Positions 46,070 through 58,184 of a stretch of DNA of 64,000 bases are shown piece by piece. Both the position numbers and the translations under genes were made by a program. The first letter of the stretch is position 1; the number at the start of each line of letters is the position of its first letter. Source of the stretch: Eukaryota sp. TZLM1-RC (Eukaryota > Protista > Metamonada: BaSk clade). A model generated the notes under the pieces. The model saw nothing but the letters and a program-made list of their open reading frames with translations. It did not search any database and was not told the DNA's origin. The stretch lies in NCBI GenBank assembly GCA_040285825.1, contig JAUPSS010000014.1, forward strand, positions 324,321-388,320, read 5' to 3'.

Positions 46070-47368
46070 TAAGAACACCAAACTTTATTCTGTAGATACC
46101 AAATACATCATGACTAGCATCTAGACTGATTGAGTAGCAGTTTCGTTCATTCAATCTAGAATGGTCTTGAAACGATATGAGGTAGCTGAAAAGAAATCAA
46201 AGAAGAAGACAAATCGATGACCATGATCTCGAATCTTCTCAATTTCAAGATATGAACCTTGCTGCTGCTGATCCAGGGAAATCTGATCTACTCTATTTTT
46301 CTGCAAATTTAGCTACTGGAATGACTTATTCAAAAAGGCTTGAGAGAGATAAATATGTTCATTTCAAATACACTCAAAATCAACGAAGAGTCGAAAAGTT
46401 CCAAATTCAACAGAATAAGAAACAGCATACGGAATGACACTCTTATCACATTAAGTAAATTTACTGATAAAGTGATTGATCTATCCAATTATGAACTATC
46501 AGAAGAGCAACAACAAAGAATGGCTTTAAGCAGTATAATTAATCGAATGATTGAAAGAACAATTAGTTTATTAACATGAAAAGTACTTCAAGAAATCAAT
46601 ATTCCCCACAAAATTGAACACTCATAAAACCTGGGTAATAACAATCAAGCGACTAATTCTGTAGCAGAATGGGAAGCAATTTTATTCCAATTCCCTTCAC
46701 AAAACTGAAGATTTGAGAGAGTTATAGAACAGAAACATTTACGAATAACATCATTGCTGAGGTCTAGCATCAAAAACATCAAAAATATTTAGGAAAGTAA
46801 GATGATGGGCTGAGATTAATCGCACAAGATCTGAGGCGAAGATGATTCAGAGATTTAAATCAGTAATTGGTGATCCCAGCCAAGTAGTTATTGGAATCGG
46901 AGACTGGGAACAACGAAAACACAAGAAATTCAAAGAACCTACCAAAAGAAAAGGACTGAGAATTTTATTTAGAAAGGATAGTTATAGGGTCTTTTGAATT
47001 GATCAGTTTTGAACCAGGTGTTGTTGTTTCAACAGTAAAAAGCAGAGAAAACAGTTGAAACATTCCGATGGTGCAGAAATCCTAGGCCATGGAAGAGACA
47101 TGAGATGTCTATTCGTCACGGGCTTACCATGTGTAAATCATGCGAAAGTTTGTGGAATAGAGATCGAAATGCTTCGCTGATTACGTTGGCAGTAATGGAA
47201 GCACATGTAAAAGGTGGAGATAGTCTGGAATACCTACAAAGAGCCAAGGTTGATGAATGTTCAAAGAAAATGGTATCAAGGACAAAATCGTCCACTTCTC
47301 AAAAACTCAGTCCCTCTAAATTGGTGCAAAAAGGACACTTATTTCATTGTTATAGACATCATCTGTAA
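46070..47368 (+). pseudogene. Degenerate Fanzor1-like nuclease
   Basis: AADPGKSDLL (RuvC-I), YTQNQRR, VVIGIGDWEQRKHKKFKEPTK, IDQF*TRCCC (decayed RuvC-II), RNPRPWK, RHGLTMCKSC, WNRDRNASL (RuvC-III). Confidence 0.88.
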
Positions 47369-47370
47369 GA

Positions 47371-48363
47371 ATGGAATATGGACTCAAAGGGCTTCAGAGG
47401 TCCTCTACAAACATGCCATTAGAACTTACCCCTCCTTCTGCTCTTTTTAAAGAAGATGAACTTCCGGGTTTACTTAATGTAGCCCGGCAACATCTTGCAG
47501 CATTTGTCATTCAACGATCCTACCGTGCATACCGCTCTATGAAACTTCTTCAATCTTATTGTTCAGATCCTGCTAGCTATCCTCACTTCATGCGTTGTGT
47601 TAAAACCCTTCAGCGAGCAGTGCGATCCCATCTTCAACGAAAGATTATTTCAAACTCTATTTCTTCTATTCCTTGTCACCAACATACTTCTAGTCCCAAG
47701 TATCTGCCAGAAGATGAATTTATGAATGAATATTGTATGATGTTTAGTGAATCACAGAATAAAGCACATTCTCCTCCACCGTCCCCAGAGGTGGCTCCCT
47801 CTTCTTTTCCCATTGAAGATTTCATGGATGATTATGTCCAGGAAAATTCACAGTTAGAGTTTGGAGAGGACAGTTCTAACCCCAGCCCTAACCCTAACCC
47901 TAACCTTTGTTTAACAGACGATGATCCTGAAACAATCGATGATGCAAACCTTATAAGTAAGGAAGCTATTAGTGATAGTCCTAATGTACCTCCACCAGAT
48001 GATGAAAAGCTTCTTTTTGACTCTTACATCATTATAGATCACGATGACGAATCACCTCATTCACCTCCCATTTCTTTATCAGTCCATGACTTTTGTCCCC
48101 CTTCAGAACATTCTTCTCCTTGTACAACTCCCCCAGAACCAGTAAAGAAGACCTTTCCCACTCCCCCGTTATCACCTGAGAATTGTCAATTCCAAGTCCA
48201 CTCTGATGTTCAAATAGAAGCCTTATCGCCAAGAACCCCGACAGGCTCTGTGTCGGGTGAAGAAGCTTTGAATGAGGAGAATAGGCCAAGGGAAGTTGCT
48301 GAAGTAGAGGATGTGCAGAATAAACGACGGGGTTGGTTCTTCTTTAGGTGTTGTTGTGGATAG
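47371..48363 (+). CDS. IQ calmodulin-binding motif protein with acidic/Pro-rich tail and C-terminal Cys cluster
   Basis: AAFVIQRSYRAYR and VKTLQRAVRSHL IQ motifs; ends KRRGWFFFRCCCG. Start may be the ATG at 47413. Confidence 0.7.
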   Translation: MEYGLKGLQRSSTNMPLELTPPSALFKEDELPGLLNVARQHLAAFVIQRSYRAYRSMKLLQSYCSDPASYPHFMRCVKTLQRAVRSHLQRKIISNSISSIPCHQHTSSPKYLPEDEFMNEYCMMFSESQNKAHSPPPSPEVAPSSFPIEDFMDDYVQENSQLEFGEDSSNPSPNPNPNLCLTDDDPETIDDANLISKEAISDSPNVPPPDDEKLLFDSYIIIDHDDESPHSPPISLSVHDFCPPSEHSSPCTTPPEPVKKTFPTPPLSPENCQFQVHSDVQIEALSPRTPTGSVSGEEALNEENRPREVAEVEDVQNKRRGWFFFRCCCG

Positions 48364-48658
48364 TTTGGATTTGTTTTTTTTTCTTTTAGATTTTGTACAT
48401 TAGATTAGGTTGTCTTTGTGTAATTAATTACCCCTATGGTTTTGTAAATTATATCCTTCTCGATGTTTACAATATCATTTACTGTCTTGGCACTTTGAAC
48501 ACCTATGTGAATGATTCAATCAACGGAAATTTACTCCAATTTCAAATTGGGAATTTCAAAAAAATTCTTGCAGAATTTCGATGACATCCGTTCCAAACTT
48601 TTCACCTATTTATGGACTTGCCAGAAAGGCCTCACTATGTGAAGAAGTTTTGAACAGG

Positions 48659-49426
48659 ATGCCATCTGCCCGTCCTGCCCCGACCATCATTGCTATTGGT
48701 ATTTCTATACCGTTTTAACTAACTTTAGCTGGTGGTACGGCCAGTGGGAAAACTACTCTCTGTCGCAAGATTGTTGATATGCTTGGTCTCGAAAAGTCCC
48801 GAGTTGCCATCATTTCTCAAGACAGTTTCTACAAGGTCTTGTCTGAAGAAGAAAGAAATCTCCTCAAGCAAGGACTCTACAACTTTGATTCCCCAGACGC
48901 TTTTGACAAGCCTCTATTTATAGACACTCTGGCTCGCCTTCGTGAGGGAAAGGCAGCTGATATTCCCACTTATGATTACACCACAAGTTCCCGTGCTCCT
49001 CAAGTGACTCGAGTCGAACTTGTTGAATGTGTCCTCGTGGAAGGAATCTTAACCCTAGCACCAGAATATGTACATCTCTATGACATGAAACTTTTTGTGG
49101 ACACTGATAGTGATGTCAGATTAGCACGAAGAATTCGTCGTGATACTGCTGAAAGGGGAAGATCTGTGGAATCTGTATTGACCCAGTACATTACCCACGT
49201 GAAGCCCTCTTATGATCAGTACGTCAAACCCTGCAAAAGGCATGCAGACCTAGTCATTCCTTGGGGTGCTGAGAACAAGGTTGCAGTAAAATTGATTACT
49301 CGCCAGATACAGCATGTCCTAAATGCAGGTTCTCTTTCTAGAACTGTTCCTGAAAGGGCTGCATCTCGTTCTAGTCACTCTTCAGTCAGTGATGATCCAG
49401 TAGATATTGCTGGAGAATTCTTTTAG
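48659..49426 (+). CDS. UCK: Uridine/uridine-cytidine kinase, two exons (48659-48698, 48729-49426)
   Basis: Splicing out GT...CTAAC..TTAG (48699-48728) gives MPSARPAPTIIAIAGGTASGKTT. Downstream ISQDSFYK, NFDSPDAFD, VEGIL, FVDTDSDVRLARRIRRD, ERGR, VKPSY. Confidence 0.92.
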
Positions 49427-50389
49427 TGTTTAGTCTTTTTATCTAAGTTGTTGTTGATAAACTACAACTCCATCCTCAGTTTTGGCAATTAATCTGCAGA
49501 CGTTTTTGGGATTTTTCTCTCTATTTTGATTGCCGTTAGCATTTTTCTTGTGAATAAAATATCCTTAATTTTTTGGTTTTTTATCTATTTGAGTTGGAAT
49601 TCGATAATTGCTACTGCGAAAGTTGAAAACTTAAACTTAAAAACACAGAATTATAACTCTTCCAAGTTAATACTGTTACTATGGGGAAATCTTTAGGGGT
49701 TAAAATGTCTTTGGATTGGTTTTGATCAACATCAATAACAGAGCCAATTATAAGAAGATTACTATAAAATATTGATGAAGATTTTTATTTCGGGTGGTAT
49801 TATGTACTTATTCTGTTTATTTATTAAAAATAGACTGTATCGGTCATTCCTCAAAGATAAACAACCACCAAAGTACCATCAAGCATCAAGGTGTACGATT
49901 GGTTGTGTCCAAAAGCCATATATATAAGTTACAAATGCTAAAACAATGGTAAAGAAACAATTTGAAATATATAATACCAAATTTATAACGTTGAAAGTGG
50001 GTTTATCCTTGCTTGAGAAGAACAAGGCTGTCTTTTTCACTGTTCTGTTTCAACTGTTTGATGGAAAAATAGTGATGTTTGAGGAACAATAACGAATTAC
50101 TCTTTGTAAACACTACAAACATCTACAAACATTATGTTCATTCATAAATTATGGTTGTTGAATTCAAAAGCACAGTCAAAATTTTCACAGGTTTTTTTCA
50201 TAATGTTTATTTATTAACCAACTTATATATCAGCATATAAATAATTCATCTCTCCCAAAACAAAACAACTAAATACAACTCTCTCAAGTGTTCTATTGAA
50301 CCAAATTATATAAAGCAGTTGAGTGTTTCAAATTAGAATTATGTTTTGTATTTAATAATGTTTACATTCGCAACTGATACTTTACAAAT

Positions 50390-50508
50390 GGATGCGGCCA
50401 TACTTGGTCTATAGTACCGGATCCCATTCCGAATTCCGAAGTTAAGGGGCCACAGCCCTGGTTAGTAGTTGGGTGGGAGACCACCAGCGAACACTGGGTG
50501 CTGCATCC
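50390..50508 (+). rRNA. 5S rRNA (first copy of the array, representative)
   Basis: GGATGCGGCCATAC...CCGGATCCCATTCCGAATTCCGAAGTTAAG...AGTAGTTGGGTGGGAGACC...GTGCTGCATCC. Terminal helix GGATGCGGC/GCTGCATCC, Pol III internal A/C boxes, TTTT terminator. Confidence 0.97.
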
Positions 50509-53500
50509 TTTTAACTTTTGTTTGGATTATTATTTCATTATTGAAATTTCCTTGATCTTTTCAAGATCGCATTTGTGTGATTTATGGTCTTAACATTTTT
50601 TGAAAACAAAACATCTCTTCGAATTTTGAAAAAATCAATTAAAACCAGTGTTTTATTGAATTAAATTGCATCAAACAGTTGATAATTTCAAATTAGAATT
50701 ATGTTTTGTATTTAATAATGTTTACATTCGCAACTGGTACTTTACAATTGGATGCGGCCATACTTAGATCTATAGCACCGGATCCCATTCCGAATTCCGA
50801 AGTTAAGCGGCCACAGGCCTGGTCAGTAGTTGGGTGGGAGACCACCAGCGAACACTGAGTGCTGCATCCATATAACTTTTGTTTGGATTATTATTTCTTT
50901 ACTGAAATTTCCTTGACCTTTTCAAGATCGCATTTGTGTGATTTATAGTCTTAACATTTTTTGAAAACAAAACATCTCATTGAATTTTGAATAATTCAAT
51001 TAAAACCAGTGTTTTATTGAACCAAATTGTACCAAACAGTTGGTGATTTCACATTAAAATTATGTTTTGTATTTAATAATGTTGACATTCGCAACTGGTA
51101 CTTTACAATTGGATGCGGCCATACTTGGTCTATAGCACCGGATCCCATTCCGAATTCCGAAGTTAAGCGGCCACAGGCCTGGTCAGTAGTTGGGTGGGAG
51201 ACCACCAGCGAACACTGGGTGCTGCATCCTTTTAACTTTTGTTTGGATTAATATTTCTTTACTGAAATTTCCTTGAACTTTAAAGGTCGCATTTGTGTGA
51301 TTTATGGTCTTGAAATTTTTTGAAAACAAAACATCTCTTCGAATTTTGAATAAATCAATTACAACCAGTGTTCTATTGAACCCAATAATATCAAACAGAT
51401 GATGATTTCAAATTAGAATTATGTTTTGCATTTAATAATGTTTACATTCGCAACTGGTACTTTACAGTTGGATGCGGCCATACTTGGTCTATAGCACCGG
51501 ATCCCATTCCGAATTCCGAAGTTAAGGGGCCACAGGCCTGGTCAGTAGTTGGGTGGGAGACCACCAGCGAACACTGGGTGCTGCATCCTTTTAACTTTTG
51601 TTTGGATTAATATTTTTTTACTGAAATTTCCTTGAACTTTAAAGGTCGCATTTGTGTGATTTATGGTCTTGAAATTTTTTGAAAACAAAACATCTCTTCG
51701 AATTTTGAATAAATCAATTACAACCAGTGTTCTATTGAACCCAATAATATCAAACAGATGATGATTTCAAATTAGAATTATGTTTTGTATTTAATAATGT
51801 TTACATTCGCAACTGATACTTTACAAATGGATGCGGTCATACTTAGATCTATAGCACCGGATCCCATTCCGAATTCCGAAGTTAAGCGGCCACAGGCCTG
51901 GTCAGTAGTTGGGTGGGAGACCACCAGCGAACACTGAGTGCTGCATCCATATAACTTTTGTTTGGATTATTATTTCTTTACTGAAATTTCCTTGACCTTT
52001 TCAAGATCGCATTTGTGTGATTTATAGTCTTAACATTTTTTGAAAACAAAACATCTCATTGAATTTTGAATAATTCAATTAAAACCAGTGTTTTATTGAA
52101 CCAAATTGTACCAAACAGTTGGTGATTTCACATTAAAATTATGTTTTGTATTTAATAATGTTGACATTCGCAACTGGTACTTTACAATTGGATGCGGCCA
52201 TACTTGGTCTATAGCACCGGATCCCATTCCGAATTCCGAAGTTAAGCGGCCACAGGCCTGGTCAGTAGTTGGGTGGGAGACCACCAGCGAACACTGGGTG
52301 CTGCATCCTTCTAACTTTTGTTTGGATTAATATTTCTTTACTGAAATTTCCTTGAACTTTAAAGGTCGCATTTGTGTGATTTATGGTCTTGAAATTTTTG
52401 AAAACAAAACATCTCTTCGAATTTTGAATAAATCAATTACAACCAGTGTTCTATTGAACCCAATAATATCAAACAGATGATGATTTCAAATTAGAATTAT
52501 GTTTTGCATTTAATAATGTTTACATTCGCAACTGGTACTTTACAGTTGGATGCGGCCATACTTGGTCTATAGCACCGGATCCCATTCCGAATTCCGAAGT
52601 TAAGGGGCCACAGGCCTGGTCAGTAGTTGGGTGGGAGACCACCAGCGAACACTGGGTGCTGCATCCTTTTAACTTTTGTTTGGATTAATATTTTTTTACT
52701 GAAATTTCCTTGAACTTTAAAGGTCGCATTTGTGTGATTTATGGTCTTGAAATTTTTTGAAAACAAAACATCTCTTCGAATTTTGAATAAATCAATTACA
52801 ACCAGTGTTCTATTGAACCCAATAATATCAAACAGATGATGATTTCAAATTAGAATTATGTTTTGTATTTAATAATGTTTACATTCGCAACTGGTACTTT
52901 ACAGTTGGATGCGGCCATACTTGGTCTATAGCACCGGATCCCATTCGGAATTCCGAAGTTAAGGGGCCACAGGCCTGGTCAGTAGTTGGGTGGGAGACCA
53001 CCAGCGAACACTGGGTGCTGCATCCTTTTAACTTTTGTTTGGATTAATATTTCTTTACTGAAATTTCCTTGACCTTTTCAAGATCGCATTTGTGTGATTT
53101 ATAGTCTTAACATTTTTTGAAAACAAAACATCTCATTGAATTTTGAATAATTCAATTAAAACCAGTGTTTTATTGAACCAAATTGTACCAAACAGTTGGT
53201 GATTTCACATTAAAATTATGTTTTGTATTTAATAATGTTGACATTCGCAACTGGTACTTTACAATTGGATGCGGCCATACTTGGTCTATAGCACCGGATC
53301 CCATTCCGAATTCCGAAGTTAAGCGGCCACAGGCCTGGTCAGTAGTTGGGTGGGAGACCACCAGCGAACACTGGGTGCTGCATCCTTTTAACTTTTGTTT
53401 GGATTAATATTTCTTTACTGAAATTTCCTTGAACTTTAAAGGTCGCATTTGTGTGATTTATGGTCTTGAAATTTTTTGAAAACAAAACATCTCTTCGAAT

Positions 53501-55061
53501 TTTGAATAAATCAATTACAACCAGTGTTCTATTGAACCCAATAATATCAAACAGATGATGATTTCAAATTAGAATTATGTTTTGCATTTAATAATGTTTA
53601 CATTCGCAACTGGTACTTTACAGTTGGATGCGGCCATACTTGGTCTATAGCACCGGATCCCATTCCGAATTCCGAAGTTAAGGGGCCACAGGCCTGGTCA
53701 GTAGTTGGGTGGGAGACCACCAGCGAACACTGGGTGCTGCATCCTTTTAACTTTTGTTTGGATTAATATTTTTTTACTGAAATTTCCTTGAACTTTAAAG
53801 GTCGCATTTGTGTGATTTATGGTCTTGAAATTTTTTGAAAACAAAACATCTCTTCGAATTTTGAATAAATCAATTACAACCAGTGTTCTATTGAACCCAA
53901 TAATATCAAACAGATGATGATTTCAAATTAGAATTATGTTTTGTATTTAATAATGTTTACATTCGCAACTGGTACTTTACAGTTGGATGCGGCCATACTT
54001 GGTCTATAGCACCGGATCCCATTCGGAATTCCGAAGTTAAGGGGCCACAGGCCTGGTCAGTAGTTGGGTGGGAGACCACCAGCGAACACTGGGTGCTGCA
54101 TCCTTTTAACTTTTGTTTGGATTAATATTTCTTTACTGAAATTTCCTTGAACTTTAAAGGTCGCATTTGTGTGATTTATGGTCTTAAAATTTTTTGAAAA
54201 CAAAACATCTCTTCGAATTTTGAATAAATCAATTACAACCAGTGTTCTATTGAACCCATTTATATCAAACAGATGATGATTTCAAATTAGAATTATGTTT
54301 TGTATATAATAATGTTTACATTTGCAACTGGTACTTTACAATTGGATGCGGCCATACTTGGTCTATAGCACCGGATCCCATTCCGAATTCCGAAGTTAAG
54401 CGGCCACAGGCCTGGTCAGTAGTTGGGTGGGTGACCACCAGCGAACACTGGGTGCTGCATCCTTTTAACATTTGTTTGGATTAATATTTCTTTACTGAAA
54501 TTTCCTTGAACTTTAAAGGTCGCATTTGTGTGATTTATGGTCTTAAAATTTTTTGAAAACAAAACATCTCTTCGAATTTTGAATAAATCAATTACAACCA
54601 GTGTTCTATTGAACCCAATTATATCAAACAGATGATGATTTCAAATTAGAATTATGTTTTGTATATAATAATGTTTACATTCGCAACTGGTACTTTACAA
54701 TTGGATGCGGCCATACTTGGTCTATAGCACCGGATCCCATTGTGAATTCCGAAGTTAAGCGGCCACAGGCCTGGTCAGTAGTTGGGTGGGAGACCACCAG
54801 CGAACACTGGGTGCTGCATCCTTTTAACTTTTGTTTGGATTATTATTTCTTTACTGAAATTTCCTTGAACTTTAAAGGTCGCATTTGTGTGATTTATGGT
54901 CTTAAAATTGTTTGAAAACAAAGCATCTCTTCGAATTTTGAATAAATCAATTACAACCAGTGTTCTATTGAACCCAATTATATCAAACAGATGATGATTT
55001 CAAATTAGAATTATGTTTTGTATTTAATAATGTTTACATTCGCAACTGGTACTTTACAATT

Positions 55062-55151
55062 GGATCCCATTCCGAATTCCGAAGTTAAGCGGCCACAGGC
55101 CTGGTCAGTAGTTGGGTGGGAGACCACCAGCGAACACTGGGTGCTGCATCC
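55062..55151 (+). pseudogene. 5S rRNA copy with a 29-nt 5' deletion
   Basis: Reads TACAATTGGATCCCATTCCG; the segment between the two GGAT tetramers is missing. Confidence 0.9.
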
Positions 55152-56490
55152 TTTTAACTTTTGTTTGGATTATTATTTCTTTACTGAAATTTCCTTGAAC
55201 TTTAAAGGTCGCATTTGTGTGATTTATGGTCTTAAAATTTTTTGAAAACAAAACATCTCTTCGAATTTTGAATAAATCAATTACAACCAGTGTTCTATTG
55301 AACCCAATTATATCAAACAGATGATGATTTCAAATTAGAATTATGTTTTGTATTTAATAATGTTTACATTCGCAACTGGTACTTTACAATTGGATGCGGC
55401 CACACTTGGTCTATAGCACCGGATCCCATTCCGAATTCCGAAGTTAAGCGGCCACAGGCCTGGTCAGTAGTTGGGTGGGAGACCACCAGCGAACACTGGG
55501 TGCTGCATCCTTTTAACTTTTGTTTGGATTATTATTTCTTTACTGAAATTTCCTTGAACTTTAAAGGTCGCATTTGTGTGATTTATGGTCTTAAATTTTT
55601 TTGAAAACAAAACATCTCTTCGAATTTTGAATAAATCAATTACAACCAGTGTTCTATTGAACCCAATTATATCAAACAGATGATGATTTCAAATTAGAAT
55701 TATGTTTTGTATTTAATAATGTTTACATTCGCAACTGGTACTTTACAATTGGATGCGGCCATACTTGGTCTATAGCACCGGATCCCATTCCGAATTCCGA
55801 AGTTATGCGGCCACAGGCCTGGTCAGTAGTTGGGTGGGAGACCACCAGCGAACACTGGGTGCTGCATCCTTTTAACTTTTGTTTGGATTATTATTTCTTT
55901 ACTGAAATTTCCTTGAACTTTAAAGGTCGCATTTGTGTGATTTATGGTCTTAAAATTTTTTGAAAACAAAACATCTCTTCGAATTTTGAATAAATCAATT
56001 ACAACCAGTGTTCTATTGAACCCAATTATATCAAACAGATGATGATTTCAAATTAGAATTATGTTTTGTATTTAATAATGTTTACATTCGCAACTGGTAC
56101 TTTACAATTGGATGCGGCCATATTTGGTCTATAGCACCGGATCCCATTCCGAATTCCGAAGTTATGCGGCCACAGGCCTGGTCAGTAGTTGGGTGGGAGA
56201 CCACCAGCGAACACTGGGTTCTGCATCCTTTTAACTTTTGTTTGGATTATTATTTCTTTACTGAAATTTCCTTGAACTTTAAAGGTCGCATTTGTGTGAT
56301 TTATGGTCTTAAAATTTTTTGAAAACAAAACATCTCTTCGAATTTTGAATAAATCAATTACAACCAGTGTTCTATTGAACCCAATTATATCAAACAGATG
56401 ATGATTTCAAATTAGAATTATGTTTTGTATTTAATAATGTTTACATTCGCAACTGGTACTTTACAATTGGATGCGGCCATACTTGGTCTA

Positions 56491-58184
56491 CCGTATATTG
56501 GTTAGAATTGGTTCAAAAAATAGTGGGAATTTTGGGAATTTTTTGAAAAATTCCCAATTTAAAAATTCCCACTTATTTTTAAACAGTGTTTACACGTGTG
56601 CACTTTTTGGTAACACGTGTCAAATTTTAAATTTTGCGATCCATTGAGACGCATTTGTTTCAACGAAACGAAAAGCAGTCATGATCCATCTTCCCAAATG
56701 GTGATTCAAAGCTCCTCAATTCCCTACTACATATCTCATATATTCGACAATACTATGTCCATTTTGCCACTTTGTAACAGCAGCTTTTGATACACCCTCA
56801 CTTTTTGGTGATAAAGAGTGAATTACTTCACTGGGCCATTCATAATTTGGAACACTGACTTGTGTTTTACCTTCCCAAATCAATTGTAATGGCAGCAAAT
56901 CTCCAGCTTTCGAAATTGTAAGTGTTGCTGTGTTGCCTCTTTTATCACCTAATCCTTGAATAGTGATTTTTTTCTGACCTTTTGGAGCATAAGTTTTTCC
57001 CTTTACTGGAATCCAGGGTACCATGGTTTCGTCCATCATCAGTACTAGGCGCGGGTGATAGTCTTCTGCTGCATCCATAATTGCACTCATTTCTACGGCT
57101 GCATGTTTGGCTTCAACAGGAGTCAATTTTCTGGCAGTGGTAGGCTTTCTATTACTCCATTGCATATGATTTTTCAAAAATGAATACGCCCAGCAGGGGG
57201 TAAATTCAATTGATCCGCCATTACATTTCAATAAATTACCATATCCAGAGCTAATCATCAATTTTTTGGCTGTAGAGGCAACAATCAATGGGGTTATTAT
57301 TGTACTGGCCTTTTCCATAGCTGTAATTAAATTCACCAACTTTTTCTGCATGTCTGTACCAATTAAAGGGCATCTTCCTTTCTTTGGTCGATCCAAAAAT
57401 TCTTCCTTAATTCTATTAGACAACAAAGGCTCATCACATCCTTGAAGAACAAACTTAGCTTTCAAAGCAAGATACTCTTTTTTATATCGGCTGGCATTGG
57501 ACTTGTTCATACCCTTGAAGCGGGCCAACTTGAAACAATAGCTTGCTGTTCTTTGTTCTTTCACCATATACTCAGCAAGTTCAAAATGGCGTTCCATAGG
57601 CCAAGGATTATATGAAGACTTGGCCTTGTCAATGTTGGTGAGGTTGCAGGGTGATTGTAGCACGTCTTTCACCGTTAAACGATCCTCAGGTGGAAGATGT
57701 TCCAGCACTTCTTCAGCAGTGTCGACGTTCAAGACGTCCAAAGTGGTAGATCGTTCAGGAAAATACTCATATAGACGTCTTTGTTTTAAAACAGGTTCAA
57801 GGGCTTTGTCAGGACTGTTCATCAGGTGAGAGATAAAAAAGAGGGTTGTTTCGTCTTCGTGGTCCAAAGTGGTTTATTATCTTGTCTGCCAGCCCTTGGC
57901 TTTTTTCTCTTCTTAAAAGAACGTTTTGTTGATTTGTGATTTATCAAGCATATACATAGACGAAAACCATGTCTAACATTTCAATATGGAGCAATAGTTG
58001 ATACATTTAGTGTTTCTATAAAATTTTGTTATCTGTGTTTACTCAACTTTGCACAAATATGACATACAACAATTTGAGAAAAACATTGGGAATATTGGGA
58101 ACCTTTTGAAAAGTTCCCAATATTTTATTTCCCACTTATAAAAAATTCCCACTATTTTTTGAACCAATTCTAACCAATATACGG
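56491..58184 (-). mobile_element. pogo/Tc1-mariner DNA transposon, 1694 bp, 43-bp perfect TIRs, TA TSD
   Basis: TIR CCGTATATTGGTTAGAATTGGTTCAAAAAATAGTGGGAATTTT at 56491-56533 and its reverse complement at 58142-58184. TA at 56489-56490 and 58185-58186. Confidence 0.95.
56716..57867 (-). CDS. pogo-family (CENP-B-like HTH + DDE_1) transposase, C-terminally incomplete
   Basis: CENP-B-type HTH (FTPCWAYSFLK..W..RKPT), MMDET (first catalytic D), DKRGNTATLTISKAGDLLPLQLIWEGK. The second and third Asp motifs are absent before the stop. True start uncertain. Confidence 0.85.
   Translation of the reverse strand: MDHEDETTLFFISHLMNSPDKALEPVLKQRRLYEYFPERSTTLDVLNVDTAEEVLEHLPPEDRLTVKDVLQSPCNLTNIDKAKSSYNPWPMERHFELAEYMVKEQRTASYCFKLARFKGMNKSNASRYKKEYLALKAKFVLQGCDEPLLSNRIKEEFLDRPKKGRCPLIGTDMQKKLVNLITAMEKASTIITPLIVASTAKKLMISSGYGNLLKCNGGSIEFTPCWAYSFLKNHMQWSNRKPTTARKLTPVEAKHAAVEMSAIMDAAEDYHPRLVLMMDETMVPWIPVKGKTYAPKGQKKITIQGLGDKRGNTATLTISKAGDLLPLQLIWEGKTQVSVPNYEWPSEVIHSLSPKSEGVSKAAVTKWQNGHSIVEYMRYVVGN

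Noticed and set aside
47886-47905. (CCCTAA)3 telomere-like repeat
   Set aside because: Only three units, in frame inside a CDS encoding PNPNPN.
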